A DNA stretch of 64,000 nt from a bacterium (GTDB lineage Bacteria > NPL-UPA2 > JAUVJM01): contig JAUWGW010000005.1 in assembly GCA_030606215.1 (NCBI GenBank), positions 5,369 to 69,368 of the forward strand. Reading direction: 5' to 3'. The notes beneath the pieces were generated by a model. It was not told the DNA's origin. It worked only from the letters and a program-made list of their open reading frames with translations, and searched no databases. Positions 49,943 through 58,908 of this stretch are shown here, piece by piece; position 1 is the first letter of the stretch; the number at the start of each line of letters is the position of its first letter. A program made the translations under genes and the position numbers.

Positions 49943-50071
49943 TGTTTTTTTCTTGACCGATAGGAACTTGCTTCTTTGACAGTCACAAACCACATACCCG
50001 CCAAGCCTCATTTCAGACAGCTTTTTCATATTTTATGTCATTATCGCAGATTTTCTGGGAATTCTTTATCT

Positions 50072-50281
50072 TTATGATTTAGCATGTGCTGGTAATTTAA
50101 CATCTACTTCATCGCCAATTATCTCTGAAGCATCTATTACCTCTATTCCCATAATTTTACCACTTTTGTCAAAATCGGCATGGACACCAGGCATAATAGT
50201 TTTGGTCTGAGCTACTTTTTTTGTAGGTTCAGCAAAGTAAACATAAAGAAGATCTCGCGATGGATCATATTCTATTTTCAT
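50072..50281 (-). CDS. DUF2283 family protein
   Basis: MKIEYD..DLLYV, DFD..GKIMGIEVIDAS. Confidence 0.85.
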   Translation of the reverse strand: MKIEYDPSRDLLYVYFAEPTKKVAQTKTIMPGVHADFDKSGKIMGIEVIDASEIIGDEVDVKLPAHAKS

Positions 50282-50286
50282 TGATT

Positions 50287-50583
50287 TTACCCTCCCCTTA
50301 AAAATACATCACCATATTTGGCCTTCGCCGTTAGTAATACTAAGTTATCGTTAACATATTTATAATACACTCTCACTTCTTTCTCTTTATAGAATTTTCC
50401 TTCCCATTCCTTATTATAAGTAAAGACAAACACTTTTCCACTTGTTTCTGTTTTAGCATCATCTGCATCCCATCCGTTTTGTAAAGTTTGTTCTACTTCT
50501 TCTTCTGTAATTCCTCGTTGAAACATTCTTACTTTTATGTGGAGGTGAAAATCATCTTTATTGAGTTTTCTTTCAAGCCCCAT
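50287..50583 (-). CDS. DUF4258 family (RelE-like) protein
   Basis: H..VRMFQRGITEEEV, VRVYY, LLT; paired with DUF2283. Confidence 0.8.
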   Translation of the reverse strand: MGLERKLNKDDFHLHIKVRMFQRGITEEEVEQTLQNGWDADDAKTETSGKVFVFTYNKEWEGKFYKEKEVRVYYKYVNDNLVLLTAKAKYGDVFLRGG

Positions 50584-50734
50584 AACATAGGTTTATCATA
50601 TAAAAAAGAAAAAGGCAAGGTCAAACGTAATCTTTTCGACCATCACTTAAATATAGGGAAATTTTAATTCTGGATTATGAGGGGATAATAGCGTATAATT
50701 CATCTTATTCGTTTATTGTGAATAGTGGTCGAAG

Positions 50735-51865
50735 ATGAGAGATAAGATTAAAGGCAGGGAAGAGTTGGCGGAACTCTGTGAAGGATTCAGGAAGCAGGGT
50801 AAGAAAATAGGGTTTACATCAGGTGTTTTTGACCTGATTCACGCAGGTCATGTTGATTATCTTGAAAAAGCTAAGAGCATCTGCGATATTCTGATTGTAG
50901 GGATAAACTCAGATGCAGGTGTGAGGAAGTTCAAGGGAAACGCCCGCCCGATTGTGCCCGAAGATGAAAGAGCAAGAATTATTGCCGGGCTTGAAGCGGT
51001 TGATTATGTATTTATTTTTGGTGAGAGGAGAAATAAGAAAAATATTGAACTTATCAAGCCGCACTATTACATAAAAGCAGGGGACTATTCAAAAGCAGAA
51101 CTCACTTCAGCAGAAGTTGTTGAGAAGCTTGGCGGGCAGGTGAAACTGATTGAGAAAACTTTTGAATCATCAACTACTGATATTATTGAGAAGATTCTTA
51201 CTTCGCTGCCAACGCCTGCTGGTCGGGCAGGGGCAGACAGGTCTACATACGTCTCTGCCGGGAAGGTAGTTGAGAAAGGAAAGGCTGTACATTTTCCCCT
51301 CCTGCCGGCGAAGGTTTCTCCGGCAGTTTTTCTTGATAGGGACGGAACAATAAGTGAAGAAGTGGAATACCTGCATGAACCTGAGAAATTTAAGTTTCTG
51401 CCGAATGCTGCTCGCGGTATAAAAAAGATGCAGGATATGGGTTATAAAATTGTAATAGTGACAAACCAGGGGGGTATTGGTCTCGGCTATTTTTCAAAGG
51501 AAGATTTTTACAGGGTGAACAGAAAGATGCTTAAAGGATTCTCTTCGGCTGATGTAACTATTTCGAAGATATATTTCTGCCCGCATAGTAAGAGTGAGGG
51601 ATGTAACTGCAGGAAACCTAACATTGCTTTAATAAATAGAGCCTGTTCTGATTTGAACCTGGATGTTAGCAGAAGTTTTATGATAGGTGATAAAACCTCA
51701 GATATTGAAGCGGGGAAAAGGGCGGGTTGTAAAACGATACTTGTCAGGACGGGTTTTGGTGGAAGGGATGAGGAATTTGATGTGGAGCCGGACTATATTG
51801 CAGACAACCTCCTCGACGCCGCTGATTATATAAGTAAGGCGAAGCAAAGAACTGCAAAGGTTTAG
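50735..51865 (+). CDS. Fusion of HldC/RfaE-II adenylyltransferase and GmhB heptose bisphosphate phosphatase
   Basis: N-half GVFDLIHAGH, GINSD, SSTT; C-half FLDRDGTI, VTNQGG, CPH..CNCRKP, IGDK..D. Confidence 0.9.
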   Translation: MRDKIKGREELAELCEGFRKQGKKIGFTSGVFDLIHAGHVDYLEKAKSICDILIVGINSDAGVRKFKGNARPIVPEDERARIIAGLEAVDYVFIFGERRNKKNIELIKPHYYIKAGDYSKAELTSAEVVEKLGGQVKLIEKTFESSTTDIIEKILTSLPTPAGRAGADRSTYVSAGKVVEKGKAVHFPLLPAKVSPAVFLDRDGTISEEVEYLHEPEKFKFLPNAARGIKKMQDMGYKIVIVTNQGGIGLGYFSKEDFYRVNRKMLKGFSSADVTISKIYFCPHSKSEGCNCRKPNIALINRACSDLNLDVSRSFMIGDKTSDIEAGKRAGCKTILVRTGFGGRDEEFDVEPDYIADNLLDAADYISKAKQRTAKV

Positions 51866-51963
51866 TCATTCAAATACCTTTCTACTGTATCCGGTCCAGA
51901 AGCTATTCTATTAAACCTATCTGCTGATTTTTAAGAATTCCTTGTGGGTACTCGCGAAAATTC

Positions 51964-52000
51964 TTGACGCAAAAAACTTAATATTGTATACTTTATACAA
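51964..52000 (+). promoter_or_regulatory. Promoter and GntR-type operator
   Basis: TTGACG-17-TATACT; palindrome TTGTATA-CTT-TATACAA (51984-52000) abuts the ATG. Confidence 0.8.
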
Positions 52001-52672
52001 ATGAAAACAAAAGAAAGAATTACTCGTCCCAACCTGAGTGATGAGGCATACAATATCTTGGCCAATAGGATCATTAATCGAAAGCTCCCGGCAGGAGTGA
52101 AGTTGATTGAGGACCAATTAGCGGAGGATCTTGGTATCAGCCGAACCCCCATTCGGGAAGCATTGAACCGTCTGGCTCAGGATGGTCTGATTGAGTTGGT
52201 TCCGAGAAAAGGCGCTCAGGTGAGCCGGCTGAAAGCCAAGGATGTTGAGGAGATATACGAGCTCCGAAAACTACTCGAGGGATTTGCTGCAGAGAAAGCA
52301 ACTGCCTTGATAAAGAAAGAAGAGCTTAGTGAGATAAAGGAGCTGGTGGAAAAGAGTGAGAGCTCCTCAGAAAGAAGGTTAGAATATTTCCTCAAGGTAG
52401 ACCTCAAACTACATAATTTGATTATCAGCCGCTGTGGCAACAGCCGTTTAATCAAGATACTTAAGAGTCTCCACAATTTTGTTAATAGTTTCCGCATTCT
52501 TGATGCCCAGTATGACCGGAGGATCAAGCAGGCCCATAAAGAGCATAAGACTATATTAAAAGCCCTTTTAAAGAAGGATGCTAGATTGGCAAGATTACTG
52601 ATTGAACAGCATATTGAGAATGCCAAGAAGAACATCCTTGCTGACTTTGAATTCAAAGATAGGAAGGTTTAG
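52001..52672 (+). CDS. GntR family regulator (FCD domain)
   Basis: LAEDLGISRTPIREAL..L..DGL; D..LH, GNSRL, EHKTI. Confidence 0.95.
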   Translation: MKTKERITRPNLSDEAYNILANRIINRKLPAGVKLIEDQLAEDLGISRTPIREALNRLAQDGLIELVPRKGAQVSRLKAKDVEEIYELRKLLEGFAAEKATALIKKEELSEIKELVEKSESSSERRLEYFLKVDLKLHNLIISRCGNSRLIKILKSLHNFVNSFRILDAQYDRRIKQAHKEHKTILKALLKKDARLARLLIEQHIENAKKNILADFEFKDRKV

Positions 52673-53413
52673 ATGCGAACTCCTGTGAGTATAGTTACCG
52701 GCTCGGCGCAGGGCATCGGAAGAGCAATCTCCTTAGCTTTGGCTAAAGAAGGTGCAAAGCTTGTTCTGGTGGATATTGATGAGAAAAGGTTGGAAAGTGT
52801 AGGAAGAGAGGTTAAAAAGATAGGAAGTAAACCGTTGTTAGTTAAGGCTGACATATCAAGGTTTGAGGATGTAGAAAGAATAGTCAAAACCACTATAGCT
52901 GAATTCAAAAGGATAGATATACTGGTTAATAATGCCGGCTTTTGCTCTCGCCGCCCACTCTCTGAAATCTCCGAGTCAGAATGGGATCGACTGATGAAGG
53001 TTAACCTCAAAGGGACATTTTTTCTCTCCCAGAAGGTACTGATCCTTATGAAGAGGCAGAGAAGGGGCAAGATTATCAATATTGCCTCCCTTGCTGGCAA
53101 AATTGGCGGGATAGCAGTAGGAGCAGATTATGCGGCTTCAAAGGCAGGGGTGATCTGTCTGACTAAATCCTTAGCAAAAGAGGGTGGTTCTTATAGGATA
53201 AATGTAAATTGTGTCTGTCCCGGAGTAATCAAGACAAGGATAACTTCATCTCTTTCTAAAAAAATGATAGAAGGATATAAAAAGGCTATCCCGTTGGGCA
53301 GGATAGGAAGTCCGGAAGATGCAGCTAATGCAGTATTATTCTTAGCTTCTAAGAAAGCAGATTATATTACCGGTGAGACATTGGATGTGAATGGTGGATT
53401 ATTCATGGACTGA
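52673..53413 (+). CDS. Short-chain dehydrogenase/reductase (FabG-like)
   Basis: TGSAQGIG, NNAG, YAASK, VNGG. Confidence 0.93.
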   Translation: MRTPVSIVTGSAQGIGRAISLALAKEGAKLVLVDIDEKRLESVGREVKKIGSKPLLVKADISRFEDVERIVKTTIAEFKRIDILVNNAGFCSRRPLSEISESEWDRLMKVNLKGTFFLSQKVLILMKRQRRGKIINIASLAGKIGGIAVGADYAASKAGVICLTKSLAKEGGSYRINVNCVCPGVIKTRITSSLSKKMIEGYKKAIPLGRIGSPEDAANAVLFLASKKADYITGETLDVNGGLFMD

Positions 53414-53414
53414 A

Positions 53415-53443
53415 ATGATGTAGGAGACATCTTCTGATGTCGA
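53415..53443 (+). repeat. GTAG-led REP-like hairpin; second copy inside valS
   Basis: ATGATGTAGGAGACATCTTCTGATGTCGA versus 30536-30564 ATGATGTGGGAAACATCTCCTGATGTTGA (25/29). Confidence 0.75.
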
Positions 53444-53462
53444 TGGTTCATCGAAAAAAGGT

Positions 53463-54716
53463 ATGAATGTCGATAAAAAGGGGGGGGCTTTTGTTGTGGA
53501 CACAGGTAAAAGGCTAAAAGTAGCATTTGTCGGCGGCCCAATGTACGATTACCCTTATTCCAAAATCTCAGAGTTCGAATCTGAAACAGGCTATCGGGTT
53601 GAAATTGGAGCAAAACTTATCCATCCCGAGCTCAATGAACGCATAGCCGATTTATATACTAAGGGGAAAGGTGATTATGATTTGATAACCACCCATTCCA
53701 AGTATGCCCCTTCACAGAAACAGTGGCTGAGTCCGCTGGATCAGGATGTCAATGAGGAGGAATTAGCTGAATACATCCCTTCCACGATAGAGTTAATGAG
53801 GATTGACGGCGAACTTATGCAATTACCAAGAAATGTAGATGTGAAATTAGTCTATTATCGGACAGACCTGTTTGAAAATCCGGAGGAAAAAGAGAATTTC
53901 AAAGAAAAGTTTGGATATGAGTTAGAGCCGCCGAAGACATGGCAACAATTAAAAGATATAGCTAATTTCTTCACCCGTCCACCGGAGCTTTATGGGTTTG
54001 TGTTTCCGGGAAGATATTCCGGGCTCTTCGGACATTTTTTTGAACTATTGGCAACGGCAGACGGCACTCTTTTTGATGAGAACCTTAAACCCCAATTTGT
54101 CAGCCAGGCAGGAGAGTGGGCATTAGGGTTTTTGCGAGACCTCTATTTTGTGGATAAGGTTTGCCCGGAAGATGTGCCCGACTGGCACTATGATGAGGTA
54201 GCGCAATTTTTCCGGGATGGAAAAGTGGCAATGACTACGGATTGGCCTGGTTCTTTTGCCACTTATAAAGACCCAACTATTTCTAAGGTAAAAGATTGCT
54301 TTGCTGTGAGTATCTATCCGATTGGTCCAACTGGTGAAAGATGGGTTTATGCCGGGGGGTTCTCATATGCTATCCCAAAAAGTTGTAAGGATAGAGATGG
54401 GGCATTAGCACTAATGCGCTTTCTACTCTCAGAGCAGATGCAGTATGAGGAAGCAAAAAGAGGTGCGATTCCAGTGAAGAAGGTTGCTCAGGAGAGGATT
54501 CGAAAAGAGGTCAAGCCAGGCTCAATGGAAGAGAAACGTTTGATTATGTTAGAGCAAACCGTAAATGAATCCCTTCTCATCCCTCCAAAATTTGCTAAGT
54601 ATCCTATGGTTGAGGATATTCTGTGGACATCCCTGCAGGATGGGTTTACAGGTAAACTCAGCGTAAAAGAAGCACTCGGGAGGGCAGTAAATGAGATTGA
54701 GCAACTTTTAAAATAA
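53463..54716 (+). CDS. Sugar solute-binding-protein family member without signal peptide (start may be GTG 53496)
   Basis: YYRTDLFE, YELEPPKTWQQLKDIANFF, FRDGKVAM typical of carbohydrate SBPs; N-terminus has no hydrophobic stretch or lipobox. Confidence 0.85.
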   Translation: MNVDKKGGAFVVDTGKRLKVAFVGGPMYDYPYSKISEFESETGYRVEIGAKLIHPELNERIADLYTKGKGDYDLITTHSKYAPSQKQWLSPLDQDVNEEELAEYIPSTIELMRIDGELMQLPRNVDVKLVYYRTDLFENPEEKENFKEKFGYELEPPKTWQQLKDIANFFTRPPELYGFVFPGRYSGLFGHFFELLATADGTLFDENLKPQFVSQAGEWALGFLRDLYFVDKVCPEDVPDWHYDEVAQFFRDGKVAMTTDWPGSFATYKDPTISKVKDCFAVSIYPIGPTGERWVYAGGFSYAIPKSCKDRDGALALMRFLLSEQMQYEEAKRGAIPVKKVAQERIRKEVKPGSMEEKRLIMLEQTVNESLLIPPKFAKYPMVEDILWTSLQDGFTGKLSVKEALGRAVNEIEQLLK

Positions 54717-54734
54717 ATGTGGAGGGAATGGGTT

Positions 54735-55496
54735 ATGAAACTGAAGGATAAAGTAGCCATCGTGACTGGCTCAAGCAAAGGTATCGGTGAAGGCATTGCA
54801 AGAGTGTTCTCCAGAGAGGGAGCAAAGGTAGTTGTTGTATGCCGCACAGAAGATGCCGGTAAAAAAATGGCTGAGGAGCTTGGAGCCTCTGAAGGGCGAG
54901 CGATCTTTCTGAAAACCGATGTAACAAGCAGCAAGTCCATCCAGAATATGATTAATGCTGCCATCAAGACATTTGGTAAACTCGATATCCTGGTGAATAA
55001 TGCCGGGTATCATATATCAAAGAACGTGGAAGAGACTTCAGAGCAGGAGTGGGAATTTATCATAAATACGAATCTGCGTGGCACGTTTCTTTGCAGCAAG
55101 TATGCAATACCGCACCTGCGCAAAACCAAAGGGAACATAATTAATATCAGCAGTATGGTAGGGCTTGTCGGCCAGCCAAATGCAGGAGCTTATTCTGCTA
55201 CCAAGGGCGGTCAGATAGCCATGAGCAAGGGCATGGCAATCGACTTTGCACCGGATGGGATTCGTGTAAACGTTATCTGTCCGGGCTGGATCCAAACCCC
55301 GTTGGTCGAGGATTGGTTTTCTCAACAGAAAGACCCGGAGGCCGCGCGCAAATATATCTTTGGTCAGCACCCGCTCGGCCGTATTGGAACGATTGAAGAG
55401 TGCGGCAGGGCAGCCCTTTATCTGGCAAGTGATGATGCCGCTTTTGTAACCGGTATTACACTCAATATTGACGGCGGCGTAACTCTGGGATATTGA
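54735..55496 (+). CDS. SDR oxidoreductase (resembles HSD17B14/L-fucose dehydrogenase-type)
   Basis: TGSSKGIG, NNAGYH, PHLRKTKGNIINISS, YSATKG, PLGRIGTIEECG..ALYLA. Confidence 0.85.
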   Translation: MKLKDKVAIVTGSSKGIGEGIARVFSREGAKVVVVCRTEDAGKKMAEELGASEGRAIFLKTDVTSSKSIQNMINAAIKTFGKLDILVNNAGYHISKNVEETSEQEWEFIINTNLRGTFLCSKYAIPHLRKTKGNIINISSMVGLVGQPNAGAYSATKGGQIAMSKGMAIDFAPDGIRVNVICPGWIQTPLVEDWFSQQKDPEAARKYIFGQHPLGRIGTIEECGRAALYLASDDAAFVTGITLNIDGGVTLGY

Positions 55497-55502
55497 TTCG
55501 TT

Positions 55503-56960
55503 GTGGATATAACTACCTACAAAAACTATATTGATGGGGAATGGCGGGATTCAATATCTAAAAAGACATTTTTGGATATCAACCCTGCTAACAAAGAAGA
55601 GGTAATTGGTTACTTCCAGCAATCAAGTGTAGCGGATGTGAGAAAGGCAATTGAATCTGCAGCTCAGGCTTTTAAGGAATGGAGAAGGTATCCACCTGCG
55701 AAACGGGCACAAACTCTCTCCCGGGCCCTTGTTCTATTGAAGGAGAGGAAGAAAAACATAGCCAGAGATTTGACTTTAGAAGAAGGGAAGACTTTAAGAG
55801 AGTCCCGGGCTGAGGTTGAATCAGCAATAAAGGAGATGGAATTTCAGATTGGCGAGGGGCGGCGGATTTTTGGTAAGAGCTCTCCTTCTGAGAAAGAAAA
55901 AGTCTTCTCTTATACTGTGAGGCAGCCGCTTGGTGCTGTCTCAATCTTAAGTCCCTGGAACTTTCCCGTGAATGTTCCCTGCCGGAAGCTCACACCGGCG
56001 TTAGTTGCCGGGAATACTGTTGTCTTTAAGCCAGCTTCTTTTACTCCTCTTTCGGGTCTAAGGTTGGTAGAAATGTTTGTTGAGGCTGGGATTCCGAAAG
56101 GGGTTTTGAATTTTGTTACCGGTTCTGGCTCTGAAATAGGCGATGAGATGGTTACCAATCCTTCCATCAAGGCTGTATCCTTTACCGGGTCAACAGAGAT
56201 TGGATTAAGGATAAATAGCGTTGCTTCACAGAATATGACCAAAATGCAGTTAGAGATGGGAGGGAAAAATCCTGCAGTTGTTTTAGAGGATGCGGATTTA
56301 GAGCTTGCTGCAGATGATATATTGCTTGCTGCATATAGCTGCTCCGGTCAATGGTGCACCTCAACCAGCAGGGCAATTTTAGTTGAGAAAATAGCCAATG
56401 AATTTATTGACATTTTAATTGAGAAGGCGAAGAAGATTAAAGTCGGAGATGGTCTCAATCCGGATATCACGATGGGACCTTTAGCCGGAGAATCACAATT
56501 TAAAAAGGTCTTAGATTATATAGAAATAGGCAGAGAAGAGGGGGCAAAGATTATAGTGGGTGGAAAAAGGATGGAAGGTAGTGGGTATGATAAAGGATTC
56601 TTTATTGAACCTACTATTTTTGTTGATGTTAATCCTGAAATGAGGATTGCACAGGAGGAGATATTTGGTCCGGTACTTTCTATAATAAGGGTTAACTCTT
56701 TTGAAGAAGCATTGAAAGTGGCTAATGGGGTTAAGTACGGACTCTCTTCCTCCATTTACACCAAGGATGTCTCAAAAGCTTTAAGGTTTGTTGAAGATAG
56801 TGAAGTGGGACTTACTCACCTTAATTTGCCCACAAGTTATAAGGAGGTACATCTTCCTTTTGGTGGAATCAAATCCTCTGGATTTGGCCTTCCTGAAGCT
56901 GGTGAGACCGGGATTGAATTCTTCACCGAGAATAAATCAGTGTATATAAATTATGGATAA
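55503..56960 (+). CDS. Aldehyde dehydrogenase (alpha-ketoglutaric semialdehyde dehydrogenase-like)
   Basis: PWNFP, SFTGS, LEMGGKN, GQWCT catalytic Cys, EEIFGPV. Confidence 0.92.
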   Translation: MDITTYKNYIDGEWRDSISKKTFLDINPANKEEVIGYFQQSSVADVRKAIESAAQAFKEWRRYPPAKRAQTLSRALVLLKERKKNIARDLTLEEGKTLRESRAEVESAIKEMEFQIGEGRRIFGKSSPSEKEKVFSYTVRQPLGAVSILSPWNFPVNVPCRKLTPALVAGNTVVFKPASFTPLSGLRLVEMFVEAGIPKGVLNFVTGSGSEIGDEMVTNPSIKAVSFTGSTEIGLRINSVASQNMTKMQLEMGGKNPAVVLEDADLELAADDILLAAYSCSGQWCTSTSRAILVEKIANEFIDILIEKAKKIKVGDGLNPDITMGPLAGESQFKKVLDYIEIGREEGAKIIVGGKRMEGSGYDKGFFIEPTIFVDVNPEMRIAQEEIFGPVLSIIRVNSFEEALKVANGVKYGLSSSIYTKDVSKALRFVEDSEVGLTHLNLPTSYKEVHLPFGGIKSSGFGLPEAGETGIEFFTENKSVYINYG

Positions 56961-57909
56961 TTCTGTATTGATAGATATGCTAAAGAAGATGGTTACCATA
57001 AGATACTTTGAGGAATCCATATATGATGTCTACACCCGTGGTTTGATGCCGGGGCTTGCCCATCTCTATATTGGCGAGGAAGCAATTGCTGTAGGAGTGT
57101 GTGAGAATTTAAAGAGAGATGACCTCATTACCAGCACCCATCGCGGTCATGGACATTTGATAGCTAAAGGCGGTGACCTGAACAAGATGATGGCTGAGGT
57201 GATAGGCAAAGAGACAGGCTATTGTAAAGGAAAGGGTGGCTCAATGCACATTGCTGACCCTGACTTGGGGATTATTGGAGCTAATGGAATTGTAGCTGGC
57301 AGTATCCCTATTGCTGCAGGTTTAGGGCTGGCCTCAAAAATCAAGAACGATGGAAGGGTGATAGTCTGTTTCTTTGGGGAGGGTGCTTCAAACCAGGGAG
57401 CTTTCCATGAAGGCATTAATATGGGCTCTCTGTGGAACCTTCCGATAGTTTATGTATGTGAGAATAATCTTTACGGGATCTCGGTTCATCAATCAAGGGC
57501 CCAGAAGATAAAAGATGTAGCAGTTCGAGCCAAGTCATATGATATTCCGGGAGAAGTAGTTGATGGAAACGATGTTTTAGCCGTCTACGATGCTGCAAAG
57601 ATTGCTGTAGAGCGGGCAAAAGAAGGTCTCGGCCCTACATTTATTGAGTGTAAGACATATCGCTGGGGAGGGCACCATGTAGGAGATCCAGGCACAGCAT
57701 ATCGAGCAAAGGAAGAGGTTGATATGTGGAAGGATAAATGCCCGATTAAGAGATTTAAGAGCCTTCTTATTAAAGAGAGGGTATTGAGTGAACCTGAGAT
57801 AGAGAGGCTTGAGGAAAAGGTAAAGAAGGATGTGGATGTGGCAGTAACATTTGCTAAAGAGAGTCCTTATCCGCTTCCCGAGGAGGCTTTAGAGGATATC
57901 ATTATATAG
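56953..57909 (+). CDS. TPP-dependent dehydrogenase E1 alpha (AcoA/PdhA-like)
   Basis: HLYIGEEA, STHRGHGH, GKGGSMH, FGEGA, ENNLY, TYRW.GH. Confidence 0.93.
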   Translation: MDNSVLIDMLKKMVTIRYFEESIYDVYTRGLMPGLAHLYIGEEAIAVGVCENLKRDDLITSTHRGHGHLIAKGGDLNKMMAEVIGKETGYCKGKGGSMHIADPDLGIIGANGIVAGSIPIAAGLGLASKIKNDGRVIVCFFGEGASNQGAFHEGINMGSLWNLPIVYVCENNLYGISVHQSRAQKIKDVAVRAKSYDIPGEVVDGNDVLAVYDAAKIAVERAKEGLGPTFIECKTYRWGGHHVGDPGTAYRAKEEVDMWKDKCPIKRFKSLLIKERVLSEPEIERLEEKVKKDVDVAVTFAKESPYPLPEEALEDIII

Positions 57910-57919
57910 AGGAAAGAAG

Positions 57920-58894
57920 TTGAGAGAAATTACCTATGCTCAGGCAATATCTGAAGCTATTGCTGAGGAGATGCGTCTGGATGAAAATGTTATTCTGTTG
58001 GGTGAGGATGTAGGAATATTAGGAGGAAATTTCCGGACTACCACGGGGTTATATGAAGAATTTGGAGAAGAAAGGGTTTTAGACACCCCTATCTCAGAGG
58101 CAGGCATTGTTGGTTGTGCTCTGGGTCTGGCTATAAGGGGTATGAGACCCATCGCGGAGATTATGTTTGGTGATTTTCTCTGTTTGGCAATGGATCAGAT
58201 TGTTAATCAGGTGGCTAAGATCAGATACATGTCCGGAGGTAGAATAAGGGTCCCTTTAGTCATCAGGACTAATATTGGTGCGGGGAGGTCATCAGCCGCT
58301 CAACATTCCCAGAGTCTGCATTCATGGTTCTTACATACACCGGGTATCGAATCAGTGATGCCTTCCAGTCCCTATGAAGTAAAAGGGCTCCTGAAAAGTG
58401 CTATAAGGGATGATAATCCAGTTGTTGTCTTTGAACACAAGATGCTCTATAACAAAAAAGGCGAAGTCCCCGAAAAAGAATGCCTCATTCCCATTGGAAT
58501 TTCTGAAGTCAAAAGAGAGGGTGGAGATGTAACCATTGTAGCTACTTCCTCCATGGTTGGTGAATCCCTTGAACTTGCTATACAATTAGAGAAGGAAGGT
58601 ATAAGTATAGAGGTGATAGATCTCCGGAGCCTCGTTCCTATGGACGAAGAGACGATAATTAATTCTGTCAGGAAAACTGGCCGGTTGGTCCTTGTTGACG
58701 AAGGTGTGACAAGAGGGGGGATAACAGCTGAGATAGCCACTATGGTTATGGAAAAGGCGTTTGATTGCCTCAACGCACCCATTGAGAGGGTAGGAAATGA
58801 AAATACTCCCATCCCCTTCAGCCCTGTCCTGGAGAGATATGTCATACCCAATAGAGAAAAGATAGAAAAAGCAGTTAGGAAAGCCATAAAGTAG
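57920..58894 (+). CDS. TPP-dependent dehydrogenase E1 beta (AcoB/PdhB-like)
   Basis: LGEDV, DTPISEAG, EIMF.DF, QHSQS, IDLRSL. Confidence 0.93.
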   Translation: MREITYAQAISEAIAEEMRLDENVILLGEDVGILGGNFRTTTGLYEEFGEERVLDTPISEAGIVGCALGLAIRGMRPIAEIMFGDFLCLAMDQIVNQVAKIRYMSGGRIRVPLVIRTNIGAGRSSAAQHSQSLHSWFLHTPGIESVMPSSPYEVKGLLKSAIRDDNPVVVFEHKMLYNKKGEVPEKECLIPIGISEVKREGGDVTIVATSSMVGESLELAIQLEKEGISIEVIDLRSLVPMDEETIINSVRKTGRLVLVDEGVTRGGITAEIATMVMEKAFDCLNAPIERVGNENTPIPFSPVLERYVIPNREKIEKAVRKAIK

Positions 58895-58908
58895 AGCGAT
58901 GTTATATT

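Noticed and set aside
56953-58894. Annotation as pyruvate dehydrogenase pdhAB
   Set aside because: Substrate cannot be determined from motifs, and the context lacks E2/E3
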